This document shows, piece by piece, positions 29,635-39,785 of a stretch of DNA of 64,000 bases; within the stretch, counting starts at the first letter, position 1; each line of letters starts with the position of its first letter. A model generated the notes under the pieces. The model searched no databases and had not been told where the DNA came from. It saw only the letters and a list, made by a program, of their open reading frames with translations. The translations under genes were made by a program, and so were the position numbers. The stretch is from a virus (taxonomy: Duplodnaviria; Caudoviricetes). The stretch lies in IMG/VR virus record IMGVR_UViG_3300025000_000055, one strand, 5' to 3'.

Positions 29635-30465
29635 TTATATCCTTGACATATAATGGGTAATATCTCTTTTTATTTTATCCTCAATTCTAACAATAAAAGT
29701 TGAACCATTTTCTTTTAAAATAGCATTTTTAAAATCAGATGTAACTTCCATACTTTCAGTTACAATTTCATAGATATTAGAAACTAATTTAATATTCTTC
29801 GATTCAGTTTTAATAAAATCAGCAATTTGAGATTCTTGAACTACTGTTAATACATTTTCTTGAAGACTGTTTCCACTAAGTTCAATATTTCTATTAATCT
29901 TTTTAATTGGTATGGAATCATCCCTATATGCTTTATCATGACTGGGTAAAATAACCCAATCATATGTAACAACATGCCCTCTACTATTGATTAAACCACC
30001 GGTAGCAGTTTTAACAACTTTAGCTAATGCTCTTAAACTAAAAGCAGGTTCCATTCCTTGTAATATAGATTTAGTCATATCTTTACCAAAATGATCATTA
30101 TCTAATGTTTGAATAGTCCCTCTTAATAAATTACCAGTTAAATTATATGTTAATATTTTATGGGATATTAATTTAGGATCAATGACTAATATACGTTTAG
30201 GATCATCTGATGTTGGATGTCCAGCTTCTCCACACCAAGAATTTTTTAATCTTAATTCATTTATATGAGGTGCACCTAATGATTCCATCATTGGTTTATC
30301 AATATATGTTCTACCATTTCTATTTCTTATATTAAATTCTTGTAATATTGTATCAAATTGTAAATAAAATAAATTATCTCTATTAATTCTTTGAATATTA
30401 GTTGGCTTACTTGGGTCCGAAACACACTCTCTTATGAGATAAGCAACAACTTCTTGTTTTTGCAT
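29635..30465 (-). CDS. Prohead core protease (phiKZ gp175 / T4 gp21 family)
   Basis: NRNGRTY, GEAGHP, PAFSLRA and YDWVILPSH motifs. Confidence 0.88.
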   Translation of the reverse strand: MQKQEVVAYLIRECVSDPSKPTNIQRINRDNLFYLQFDTILQEFNIRNRNGRTYIDKPMMESLGAPHINELRLKNSWCGEAGHPTSDDPKRILVIDPKLISHKILTYNLTGNLLRGTIQTLDNDHFGKDMTKSILQGMEPAFSLRALAKVVKTATGGLINSRGHVVTYDWVILPSHDKAYRDDSIPIKKINRNIELSGNSLQENVLTVVQESQIADFIKTESKNIKLVSNIYEIVTESMEVTSDFKNAILKENGSTFIVRIEDKIKRDITHYMSRI

Positions 30466-30503
30466 TTTTTATATCAACTCCTTCTAATTTTTATAAGTAT
30501 TTT

Positions 30504-30515
30504 TAAATTATTGTT
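30504..30515 (-). promoter_or_regulatory. AR9-like late promoter AACA-N6-TA
   Basis: AACA-ATAATT-TA upstream of the protease. Confidence 0.55.
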
Positions 30516-30563
30516 TTGGTTGTTCAGATAATTCTTACAAATAAAGTCTTTATTTGTAACACA

Positions 30564-30575
30564 AACAAATAGTTA
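30564..30575 (+). promoter_or_regulatory. AR9-like late promoter AACA-N6-TA
   Basis: AACA-AATAGT-TA upstream of the head operon, divergent from the 30504 motif. Confidence 0.55.
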
Positions 30576-30601
30576 AATGAAAATTGTAAATTTTAAGAGG
30601 G

Positions 30602-32161
30602 GTGAAGCTCATGAATATAAACATAAATAGAGTTTTATCTAATGTGAAAGTTAATGTTATTAAAAAAGAATTTGATTATTTAAAAGAAAATTACTCGACT
30701 ATTAATTCTATTAATTACTTACAATTTGTACGTTCCCAACCAATTGATATTATATTTGAAAATTCTCAATATGTATTTTCAGAATTAAGAGAAGGATATA
30801 AATTATATAATAGAATTTTAAAATCTTTTGATTTATCATTAGAGCAATTACAAGTTCAACAAAATAAATTAAAAGAATATATTAGTAGGTGTAAAAATAA
30901 TGAATATGATAATAAAAGTCATATTTACTTATTGAATGAATGTGTGAAATTTATAGAATCAGAAATTAAATATAAAAATAGTTTTAAGTATTTAAAAGAA
31001 TCAATGATTTATGATATTCATTTTAATTATCTTCAACCAGTATTAGAAGATAATATTAGTAATATTATGGATGAAATTATATTAAATATAAATCACAATC
31101 CTACTCTTATAAATGAATATCAGGTACTTATTCATCATATAGAAAAAGAATCCGTTTTAGTAATTGGAAAAAATTTTCCTTTAATTTTAGCTAAAAATAC
31201 TGCTCTTATTCTAGCTATGGGTGGAATTATAGCAGGAACACTTCTTATCTTAGTTTTATCAGTACCCCTATTATTAGTGAATTCAATTATAGAAAAAAAA
31301 ATAGATAACACATTTATTGAATCATATAAATATTGTATACGAAAAGAAATATCAAGATTAAAAATAGTTAAAGAAGAAGATGAAAATAGAAAAAAAACTA
31401 TTGATAAGTATATTGAACAATTAGAATTAGCATATAATAAATTAGATGAATCTAAAGATAACAATACAGCCGTTAAAGAAAATTCAATAACAACTATAAC
31501 TGAGGATGAAAATGATTTAACGACAACTATATTAACTCAATTTATCAACACTTTAATATTTGATGAAGAAGAAGATAATGAAACTGAAGATATGCAATTC
31601 ACATTAGAAAATTTTAATATATTAATTAGAAATATAAGAAAATTACAAAATATAAAAGAAATGAATTGTTTACAAGAAGGCACTATAGATAATGTTGGCA
31701 GAAAAGTTGTTCATGCTGTACGATCTACTGCTAATAATATAGGTTCAGGTAGTTCCAGTATTAAAAAATCTGTTAATCATGTTGTAGATGCTTTTAATGA
31801 TACTATTGATAAGTATAAAAAGATGGAAGTAAATGAAAGACGTAATAGAATTATTGAAGGTGGTTCTTCATTTACTTTAATGAAAATAATTAAATATGGT
31901 ATTGCTGTAGGTTTAGTTTGGGCGGTTTCACCTGCTTTGGCTGCTATAGGTTTATTAACATCAGTTGCTCTTAATGTTCATGCTGATATTAAAGAAAGAA
32001 AAAAAATTCTTAATGATTTAGAAGATGAATTAAAAATAGTTGATGCTAAAATAGAAGATTCTAGAAATGATGACCAAAAAGAAAAGAAATACCAATTAAT
32101 GAGAATAAAAAGTAAACTAGAAAAAGATATTGCTAGAATTAAATATAGATTAGATGATTAG
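30602..32161 (+). CDS. Probable internal head protein
   Basis: Late operon before the capsid gene; several L/V-x-E sites and hydrophobic Ala/Gly/Val segments typical of ejected inner-head proteins. Confidence 0.55.
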   Translation: MKLMNININRVLSNVKVNVIKKEFDYLKENYSTINSINYLQFVRSQPIDIIFENSQYVFSELREGYKLYNRILKSFDLSLEQLQVQQNKLKEYISRCKNNEYDNKSHIYLLNECVKFIESEIKYKNSFKYLKESMIYDIHFNYLQPVLEDNISNIMDEIILNINHNPTLINEYQVLIHHIEKESVLVIGKNFPLILAKNTALILAMGGIIAGTLLILVLSVPLLLVNSIIEKKIDNTFIESYKYCIRKEISRLKIVKEEDENRKKTIDKYIEQLELAYNKLDESKDNNTAVKENSITTITEDENDLTTTILTQFINTLIFDEEEDNETEDMQFTLENFNILIRNIRKLQNIKEMNCLQEGTIDNVGRKVVHAVRSTANNIGSGSSSIKKSVNHVVDAFNDTIDKYKKMEVNERRNRIIEGGSSFTLMKIIKYGIAVGLVWAVSPALAAIGLLTSVALNVHADIKERKKILNDLEDELKIVDAKIEDSRNDDQKEKKYQLMRIKSKLEKDIARIKYRLDD

Positions 32162-32888
32162 GAGGTTTATCTATATGGATTTTTTTGATATATTAAAAGA
32201 AGCCAAGAATCCTAAATCTGCAAAACCATCAAATAAAAAGAATATTAAAATTGAGGATGACTCTTTAGATAAAACTACTGATTATTCCAGTGATGTTGAT
32301 AATAATAAAAAAGATACTTCTACAAATGATAATATAAATAAAAATGATGAAACGACAGATTATACACTAACAGATGACGATAGTGAAGACACTGATTATA
32401 CGTCAGAAGATGTACAAAAAGAACCTATTGATACACCTGATGATGACAACCCAGATGATACTTCAGATGACACCACTGATTATACAGATGAAAACACAAA
32501 TTCAGATGAAGATGGTACTGAAGATAACTCTGATTTAACTGATGAAAATTCAGATGTTAATATTACTGATAAAGAAAAAAATAAGAGTCTATTAAAAGAT
32601 TATTTGGACCTTTATTATTTAACAAAAAATACTGTAGTTAAGTTATCAAATTTAGATAAGAGTGATATAATATTAAATAAAGTTTCAACACAAGTTATTT
32701 CCAATTTAAATATAATTCAAAAACAATTATTTAATTTCATCATATATAAGTTTTCAAAAAATAATTATATAAATAATCTATATCAATACAATTATTTTAT
32801 TGAAGCTTTTAGAATTAATATTGAAATGATAAAAAAAATAAGCTTTTTTGTGACCAATAAACAAAACAAATATATAAAAAATCAATGA
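32154..32888 (+). CDS. Acidic low-complexity head protein, possibly scaffold/core
   Basis: Asp/Thr-rich repeats (TTDY). Directly precedes the major capsid gene, and the likely start MDFFDILKE follows GGAGG. Confidence 0.55.
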   Translation: MIRRFIYMDFFDILKEAKNPKSAKPSNKKNIKIEDDSLDKTTDYSSDVDNNKKDTSTNDNINKNDETTDYTLTDDDSEDTDYTSEDVQKEPIDTPDDDNPDDTSDDTTDYTDENTNSDEDGTEDNSDLTDENSDVNITDKEKNKSLLKDYLDLYYLTKNTVVKLSNLDKSDIILNKVSTQVISNLNIIQKQLFNFIIYKFSKNNYINNLYQYNYFIEAFRINIEMIKKISFFVTNKQNKYIKNQ

Positions 32889-34612
32889 GAGGAAGTGCCA
32901 AAGACATGTATGATTACTTAGATGAAAATCAAAACCCGACGAGGGTAATTGGCTCGTTTACTGTCGATAGAAATAGTGATTTCAAAGAGAGTTTTAAATC
33001 TCTTGTAGAAAATTTTAAAGGCCATTATAACATTGACCCAGTTGATAATTTATTACAAATTCTAAAAGTGGATACCTTAAGAGAAGATTATAAAGAACAG
33101 CTGCTTGGTGATGTTGATATGGGGCACATTGATGATCCGTATTATTCAACGCATCCTCAAAAGTTAAGTCAATTGTTTGAAAACTCCTCCTTAGAACTCA
33201 TCAAGGAATCTATGGATATCGGAAGCCTGTCTCCGATTGTTGGTATTTCATTACCGGTTCTTAAAAAGAATTATTTGGAGTGTCATTCTAAAGATATTGT
33301 TATGACAGAAATTCCGACAAAACCAATTATCAAAATTGCTTTTGAAAGAAAATTTTTAAAAGATAAAGCTGGTACTAAATACTATATTCCAGAAATTTTT
33401 TATGATGGTTCATATGCAGCTGTAGAGGCAAAAACACAAGGTCTGCCTATTGTTAATACTTGGTTTCCAGCAGATGAAGGGGTAGTTTTACCTTTCCAAG
33501 ATCTACCTATTATGCGTTTATCTGGTGGTACCATGGAAACAAGAGATAGTTTAGCATATGATTTTTGCATTGAGGCGGTCAAAATGACAGTCGATGGTGC
33601 GGATAAAATTATTTCAGGTTTGAATATTCAAGCGGATTTTGGGTCCAATAATACTTTTTCATATCGTATTAAAACTGAAAATGCCGCCGGTACAGCAGTA
33701 GAAGATATTATTACAGGTCAAGTTGATCCGTATTATGGTACGGTATCTGTTGCTTGTACTAGTGGTAAAATTACAAAGGTTAGATTCGGTGGACATTTAA
33801 GTAATGAAAACAACACTGAAACTGTCGAACTGGATAAAGAAAGAGTCACCAAAGAGTGGAAAATTCCTGATGGGAAAAGAATCAACACTGGATTAACAAT
33901 TGAAAAAATTAAAGATAACAGGGCTTTATTTAATACAAACATTACAGCTGATATCATTACCGACATGAGCACAGTATTAACCCATTTTGAAGATAGTGGT
34001 ATTTTGCAATTCCTGGATACAAGTTTCACCACATGGAAAGATAAAAAGGACCTGCCTTTTGGTTATACTGGCGGTTTTGTTGAAACTTCTAGCTTTAATT
34101 GTCTTCCCACTTCCAGTGTTCATATTCCAATTTCACAATGGATTAACAGTGAATTAAAGTTCTATATAACTCGTCTTATTGACGAACTAAAAACAAAATT
34201 AAAAATTACCGATATGATGTTTGTTATTTATGGTAATCCAAGTAATATCACTTTAATCCAGGATGAGGTTAAATGGGTTATTGATGAAGATACGAAAATT
34301 GGTGGTATTCAATTGGAGTATAAGTTTGGTGTACTTACTGGAAATAAGAGTAGAGTCCATGTTGTAAGTTCATTGAAAGTTCCTAGAGAAAAAGGTTTAC
34401 GTATTGTTGCTTATCCTTTGACTCAAGAAACTATTACATTCAAACATTACAAATACAGTTTGAACATTGAAAACGTTTACAGAAATCCAAATACTCCTTT
34501 AATCCCCAACATTATGGGAACATCCAGATATTTAACCACTGAAGTTTTACCAGTTCAAGGTGGATTGACTTTGAAAAATAATGACTTTGGTATTACTAAA
34601 TACACTTCTTAA
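32885..34612 (+). CDS. Major capsid protein
   Basis: 575 aa; propeptide ending in ELIKE|S; highly expressed codon style; followed by a terminator; located in the head operon. Confidence 0.8.
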   Translation: MRGSAKDMYDYLDENQNPTRVIGSFTVDRNSDFKESFKSLVENFKGHYNIDPVDNLLQILKVDTLREDYKEQLLGDVDMGHIDDPYYSTHPQKLSQLFENSSLELIKESMDIGSLSPIVGISLPVLKKNYLECHSKDIVMTEIPTKPIIKIAFERKFLKDKAGTKYYIPEIFYDGSYAAVEAKTQGLPIVNTWFPADEGVVLPFQDLPIMRLSGGTMETRDSLAYDFCIEAVKMTVDGADKIISGLNIQADFGSNNTFSYRIKTENAAGTAVEDIITGQVDPYYGTVSVACTSGKITKVRFGGHLSNENNTETVELDKERVTKEWKIPDGKRINTGLTIEKIKDNRALFNTNITADIITDMSTVLTHFEDSGILQFLDTSFTTWKDKKDLPFGYTGGFVETSSFNCLPTSSVHIPISQWINSELKFYITRLIDELKTKLKITDMMFVIYGNPSNITLIQDEVKWVIDEDTKIGGIQLEYKFGVLTGNKSRVHVVSSLKVPREKGLRIVAYPLTQETITFKHYKYSLNIENVYRNPNTPLIPNIMGTSRYLTTEVLPVQGGLTLKNNDFGITKYTS

Positions 34613-34627
34613 TAAAATAAAAATACA

Positions 34628-34660
34628 TAAAGATTATAGGTTAATAACCTATAATCTTTA
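34628..34660 (+). terminator. Intrinsic terminator after the capsid gene
   Basis: TAAAGATTATAGGTT-AAT-AACCTATAATCTTTA. Confidence 0.7.
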
Positions 34661-34675
34661 TTATTTATTTCAAAG

Positions 34676-34687
34676 AACACTTTAGTA
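34676..34687 (+). promoter_or_regulatory. AR9-like late promoter AACA-N6-TA
   Basis: AACA-CTTTAG-TA upstream of 34717. Confidence 0.55.
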
Positions 34688-34716
34688 ATATAAACAATTG
34701 AGAGGTGAATATTTAA

Positions 34717-35955
34717 ATGGCGGATACTATATTAACAATAATTGAAAACTCTTTTAAAGAAATAAAAGAAAAAAGAAATATTTTGTCTAATCTAAATATA
34801 ATTGAACGTAATATCAATAGACTATTTAATTTAAATTTTAAAGTTAGTATTGTAGAAAATGATACAAATGAATTTTTTGGTATGAGTATTTATCCATCAT
34901 CAAATCTTATCGATGATATTATTATTGCAACTTTTAAAAGAGATGTTAGAACACAACTCGATGGTATTATTAAAATGTGGTCATTTGAAAAAAATTGGTT
35001 TTTAGAAATAGATAGTATATTATTATACGATAAAAATTTAAATGCTAATCCGTCTGAAATTACAGCTGTATTATTACATGAGGTTGGTCATGTTATTCAT
35101 TCTAATGAAGCCCCTCAAAGATTTGTTAGATTAATAAAATACTCTTTATTTAATATTAATTTTCATATTAGAGAATTATGTAAAAATGATACAATAAGAA
35201 AATTATTTTCATTAGCATTAATTGAATCATGTACAACTAAAAACTTTAATATGATACAAGCTAATACAGAAGTTATTGCTGATAGACATGTTATAAAATT
35301 TGGTTATGCTGATTCTTTAAATAATTTTATTGATAAATTAATTGCATCTCAAGGTAATAATTTAGTTGAAAGAACAGAAAAAGAAAAGGATATAGATGTT
35401 AAAATTATTATTAAGTGGACAATAGATAATATAAGTGAATTAGAATTTAGAAAGAGTAAATTAAAAATAGCGATTCAATCTCAAATGTTAGATACTCCGA
35501 GTATGTATATTAAATCACATCTTAAGAAAATAGTTAGTATTTTCTTTGGAGAAGAAGGTGCTGATAGTTATAAACAGATTCTATCCGAACAATATTTTGT
35601 TGAAATGTGTAATTTAAGTAAAACAAAGATTATTAAAGAATTTTTTGATAGATTTGGTAAAATTAAAAAGATTCAACAAAGTGATATTGATATTCTCTTT
35701 ATTGAATTTGATAAGATGGAAAATAATAATGACAAAATTTATCTCATTGAATTAATTCATGATAAATTAGATAATATTAATGCGGCTTTAGAATGTATTG
35801 TTAACAATGAAAAAGATAGAGTTCAACAAAGTGAATCAACTCTTAAAGGTTTTAAAGCCCAATTAGAAAAGTTAAGATTACAAACATTAAGTATCCATCT
35901 TAAAGAAAAACAATATGGGTTATTTATTAAATATCCAAAAGGGTATGAAGGATAA
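34717..35955 (+). CDS. Probable virion protein with HEXXH motif
   Basis: AVLLHEVGH; late promoter. Confidence 0.6.
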   Translation: MADTILTIIENSFKEIKEKRNILSNLNIIERNINRLFNLNFKVSIVENDTNEFFGMSIYPSSNLIDDIIIATFKRDVRTQLDGIIKMWSFEKNWFLEIDSILLYDKNLNANPSEITAVLLHEVGHVIHSNEAPQRFVRLIKYSLFNINFHIRELCKNDTIRKLFSLALIESCTTKNFNMIQANTEVIADRHVIKFGYADSLNNFIDKLIASQGNNLVERTEKEKDIDVKIIIKWTIDNISELEFRKSKLKIAIQSQMLDTPSMYIKSHLKKIVSIFFGEEGADSYKQILSEQYFVEMCNLSKTKIIKEFFDRFGKIKKIQQSDIDILFIEFDKMENNNDKIYLIELIHDKLDNINAALECIVNNEKDRVQQSESTLKGFKAQLEKLRLQTLSIHLKEKQYGLFIKYPKGYEG

Positions 35956-36004
35956 AAACAAAATATTAAAATAAATTATATAAGTTTTTTATTTTTACAA
36001 GGAG

Positions 36005-36517
36005 GTGTACAATAGTTTCATGAATATAATTAGTCAAATTCAACATAGAAGAGATACAACAGCTAATTGGGTATTACATAACCCTATATTAGCTGAAGGT
36101 GAATTAGGTATCGAGTTTTATGATAATAATATTATAAAAATTAAAATAGGTAATGGTATTAATACATGGAATGAATTAACTTATTTGAGTAATCCTGAAA
36201 CAGTTATAAGTAATTCAAATGCTAGTGGTGTAGTAGACTTGGATGTGTCTATTGCCAATATTTTTGAAATAATTTTATCGGGCACAACAACATTTACATT
36301 TAGTAATCCTGCTGTTTCAGGTAAAAATACTTCACTAACAATATTTATTCAACAAGGAGTAGTTGCACAAACGATAACATGGCCAGCTTCAGTTGTTTGG
36401 TTAGGTGATATAGCACCTGATTTAAGTACAATTAATCAAACTTATATCGTACAATTTAATACTATTAATGGCGGTATTCGTTGGTATGGAACTTTAACAG
36501 GGAAGGTAACAACATAA
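36005..36517 (+). CDS. Tail-fibre-associated protein (Mtd N-terminal / hyaluronidase-like domain)
   Basis: IQHRRDTTANW..NPILAEGELGIE..KIKIGNG..WNELTY followed by a short beta-rich domain. Confidence 0.7.
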   Translation: MYNSFMNIISQIQHRRDTTANWVLHNPILAEGELGIEFYDNNIIKIKIGNGINTWNELTYLSNPETVISNSNASGVVDLDVSIANIFEIILSGTTTFTFSNPAVSGKNTSLTIFIQQGVVAQTITWPASVVWLGDIAPDLSTINQTYIVQFNTINGGIRWYGTLTGKVTT

Positions 36518-36888
36518 TGTTTGGATTTAAATTGTTCAAATAATGAGTAAATCACATTAATTTATTTTTAGAAGTTAGTGATATAACTGATTTTATCTGT
36601 AGAATTTTATTATCCTTTGGTGGATATTTCTACTATAACTAAGATTGAGTTAAAACTTTATTATGTTTCTGCTCAATCTACGGTTTCTAATATATAATGT
36701 CAAACATTAATACTCACTAGAGATGAGTAGATATAAAATTAGGTAATGTAACTCGGAATATTTATAAGACAAAATTCATCTGGAATATTCCGAGTAAAAA
36801 TATATAAGTGAATGAATTGGTTAAATCTAATTAATTAAAAGGGGTACCTATTTACTTACATTTTTTTGTGGTGAGTAATCAATGAAAC

Positions 36889-36900
36889 AACAATTAAATA
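36889..36900 (+). promoter_or_regulatory. AR9-like late promoter AACA-N6-TA
   Basis: AACA-ATTAAA-TA, the same 12-mer as before the tail sheath. Confidence 0.6.
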
Positions 36901-36924
36901 AATATAAAAGGAAGGTGATACTAT

Positions 36925-37422
36925 TTGTTAATGTTTGGGTTACCAAAGAAGGTTTTTCATTTGGATACTAATATGAATATGGCTATAAAACAAATTCCTT
37001 ATTCAATATTACCATCAGGTATTATTATACCTCAGAAACATAGTAGTGATGGAACACTAGAAACTAATAGTAAACTAACTGGTAGTGATGTTGGTGAAGA
37101 ATTCACATTTCAAGACGCTGTAATCGTCACAGGTGAAGGTGAACACCTGACTCTTTCTGGACAGGATAAAGTAATTGTAAGTATTCCCACTGGAACGTCA
37201 ACAAGTAGAAATATAGTATTTAAAGCTACTTCATTAGGAGTTACTGCTTATATGCTTGGGGCAAAAGTAGAATCCTCAGGAAGTATCACGCTTGCCGTTA
37301 GCACTACCAATCAAAATGAAGTTTGGGAAGTTACTGGATTATCCGGTTACGATGACTTTTTCTGTGAAGTAACCGCAGTAGCTGGTGGTAATGTCACCGT
37401 TAAAGGAAGGTTGGTGGCGTAA
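36925..37422 (+). CDS. Hypothetical protein, probably tail-associated and horizontally acquired
   Basis: Beta-rich, visibly higher G+C than the flanks, coupled to the SGNH gene. Confidence 0.65.
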   Translation: MLMFGLPKKVFHLDTNMNMAIKQIPYSILPSGIIIPQKHSSDGTLETNSKLTGSDVGEEFTFQDAVIVTGEGEHLTLSGQDKVIVSIPTGTSTSRNIVFKATSLGVTAYMLGAKVESSGSITLAVSTTNQNEVWEVTGLSGYDDFFCEVTAVAGGNVTVKGRLVA

Positions 37423-38646
37423 ATGGATAAAAAATTATTAGCACTTGCACAGAAAAATTCTTTTGACATATTAAATAAAACTAATAAATCTGATGTTTTT
37501 GAATATGTAACATCTATTTCCAATAAATCATCTACCAGTAGTTTAGATGTTAACTACAGATTTACATTTGACGGTAATGGTTTGGGATTATCTGGAATTG
37601 ACCAGATGAGGCCTGTTTTTGAATTGTTAACTATCGACCCAAATGCGGTAAGTTATAAGATATTAATGTATCTTTCGAATAGTCCCACAGCAATAACAGG
37701 TGGTGTAAATTATTCTATATCAAATATCAATATGCGATATGGTATTTGGCAGAAATATGATGATTTGCGAGATTATTATGTTTCCACTTATCGTTATATA
37801 CATCTGCTCGTAAGAGTTAATACCACTGTATCACAATTAACAAAATATTTTTTGAAAAATATAAAGTTTTATATAGGTTCTTCGAAAGCACCTCTTGTTT
37901 CTCAATCTCTTTATAACCAATACATATCATCTACAGAGAGTACGAATTATCAAGTATTTGAATCGTTAAGGAATAGCCCGTGGATAGGTAAAAAAATTGT
38001 GACTTTCGGAGATTCAATAACTTGGTATGATGGGAACCTTTTTGGTGCTGGACACATTGAAGCAGGTCAGACAGCGGTTGGGTATCAGAGTTATATGAGG
38101 GAAGAATTGAAATGTACTGTGATAAACGAAGGTATGAGTGCAAGAAATATCACCGAGATGTGGGACGAAAAGATTAATGCTTATGATTTTACAAATATTG
38201 ATGCTGTTACAATTACAAGTGGTGCTAATGATCATAGGGAAAATATCTCTGTAGGGGCAATAGATGTAATGGGAGCGACATTTAATACAACAACTTTTTA
38301 CGGTGCTTTGCAAGCGACTATAGAGAGAATTATATCACAAAGTCCCTTAACAAAAATTTACCTTATTACACCAATTCGTGGATATTTTAATGAAGAAGGA
38401 ACCGGCAATGTCCCTAATCCAAATGCAATGCCTGAAATTAGTAGAGATTTTCCAGATGCAATTAAGGCTGTTGGGAAATTATATGGCATACCAGTATGTG
38501 ACTGGTATGATAGTTGTGGAGTTAATGACTTAAATATTCTAAATTATTTGGGTGATACTTCTACCCCTCCGTATTATTTACATCCTAAAAATGTTCTATA
38601 TAAACGTATGGCTAATATTCTTGTTCCGTTTTTAAAAAATAATTAG
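37423..38646 (+). CDS. SGNH/GDSL-family hydrolase (esterase)
   Basis: FGDSIT (block I), GMSA (II), GANDH (III) and YLHP (V). Confidence 0.88.
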   Translation: MDKKLLALAQKNSFDILNKTNKSDVFEYVTSISNKSSTSSLDVNYRFTFDGNGLGLSGIDQMRPVFELLTIDPNAVSYKILMYLSNSPTAITGGVNYSISNINMRYGIWQKYDDLRDYYVSTYRYIHLLVRVNTTVSQLTKYFLKNIKFYIGSSKAPLVSQSLYNQYISSTESTNYQVFESLRNSPWIGKKIVTFGDSITWYDGNLFGAGHIEAGQTAVGYQSYMREELKCTVINEGMSARNITEMWDEKINAYDFTNIDAVTITSGANDHRENISVGAIDVMGATFNTTTFYGALQATIERIISQSPLTKIYLITPIRGYFNEEGTGNVPNPNAMPEISRDFPDAIKAVGKLYGIPVCDWYDSCGVNDLNILNYLGDTSTPPYYLHPKNVLYKRMANILVPFLKNN

Positions 38647-38741
38647 AGATTATCTAACTAACGAAGGTGCAACAATATATATTCGTGGTGGGTGGTATAA
38701 TGGTGAAGAAACATTTGAAGGTACGGGACAGAAATTATCAT

Positions 38742-38761
38742 ACTAACGAAAATGCGTTAGT
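38742..38761. repeat. Inverted repeat resembling a tyrosine-recombinase site
   Basis: ACTAACG-AAAATG-CGTTAGT, 7-bp arms and a 6-bp spacer, upstream of the recombinase. Confidence 0.5.
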
Positions 38762-38841
38762 TGATTAAAAAATATATAAAATCAACATTTTCCTATTGCA
38801 TTAACCATAATTTTATGTTATGATTAATAAAAATATAGGAG

Positions 38842-39695
38842 GTGTTGATTTTGTTATTATCTCAGACATGGAAACTTTATGAATCAGATAAAAAACTCCT
38901 AGGTTATTCAATTCATACTTTAAAAGCATATAATATACAAATTAATCTATTAATTAAACATTTTGGTGATATAGATATTAGTCTTATTGAATATATTAAT
39001 TTAAAAGAATATTTAATTACATTAACACATCTTAAACCAGCTAGTGTTGGACATAGAATAAGATTTATTCACTCATTATTTCGTTATTTACATGAAGAGG
39101 GTTTTATTGAAAAGAATATTAGTTCAAAATTAAAAGAACTAAAACAAGGTATAAGAATACCTAAAGCTTTTAATGATGAAGAAATTGAGTTATATTACAT
39201 GATAGCTGTAATACTTTATTAGAAAAAGCTTTAACTGAATTTTTCTTTAGTACTGGATGCCGTATAGGAGAAGTTTTTCAGTTAAATAAATCTAATATAA
39301 ATTGGGATACACGTTCTGCTTTAGTTATTGGAAAAGGTAATAAACAAAGGGAAGTTTATTTCACAGTTAAATGTAAGATATGGTTAGAAAAATATATAAA
39401 AAGTCGTAATGATAGTCATGAAGCATTATTTGTCACTGTTAGAAATCCAATTAGGCGTATGTCAATTGCTAGAATAAGGGAAATAATTAAATTGATTGGT
39501 ACTAATTCTGAAGTTGAAACTAATATTTATCCTCATCGCTGGAGACACAGTGCTGCAACCGTTTTAATTAACAACGGTGCACCAATTGAAGTTATCATGA
39601 GTAATTTAGGCCATGCTAGACCTAGTACAACCATGATATATGCTCAACTTAGTGGTGAGAAACGCAGACAAGAATACAATAAATATTTTAGATAA
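38842..39695 (+). pseudogene. XerC/D-like tyrosine recombinase with a 2-nt frameshift
   Basis: SAM-like N-terminal domain in 38842-39222. Removing TA at 39193-39194 gives one frame with TGCRIGE, GKGNKQR, HRWRH, LGH and MIY intact. Confidence 0.85.
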
Positions 39696-39697
39696 CT

Positions 39698-39735
39698 ATT
39701 AAAACTTACCTTTATAATAGAAGGTAAGTTTTAAT
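39698..39735 (+). terminator. Hairpin / terminator closing the recombinase block
   Basis: ATTAAAACTTACCTT...AAGGTAAGTTTTAAT. Confidence 0.65.
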
Positions 39736-39742
39736 ATATTTT

Positions 39743-39754
39743 AACATTTCAATA
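39743..39754 (+). promoter_or_regulatory. AR9-like late promoter AACA-N6-TA
   Basis: AACA-TTTCAA-TA upstream of the terminase. Confidence 0.55.
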
Positions 39755-39785
39755 AATCATTAATATTTATAACAGGGGGTTTTAT

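Noticed and set aside
31135-38313. Track ORFs 31135-31464, 33400-33582, 33733-34032, 37931-38143 and 38014-38313
   Set aside because: Antisense to head, capsid and SGNH genes.
36005-38646. Diversity-generating retroelement suggested by the Mtd-like domain
   Set aside because: No reverse transcriptase and no template/variable repeat pair in the window.
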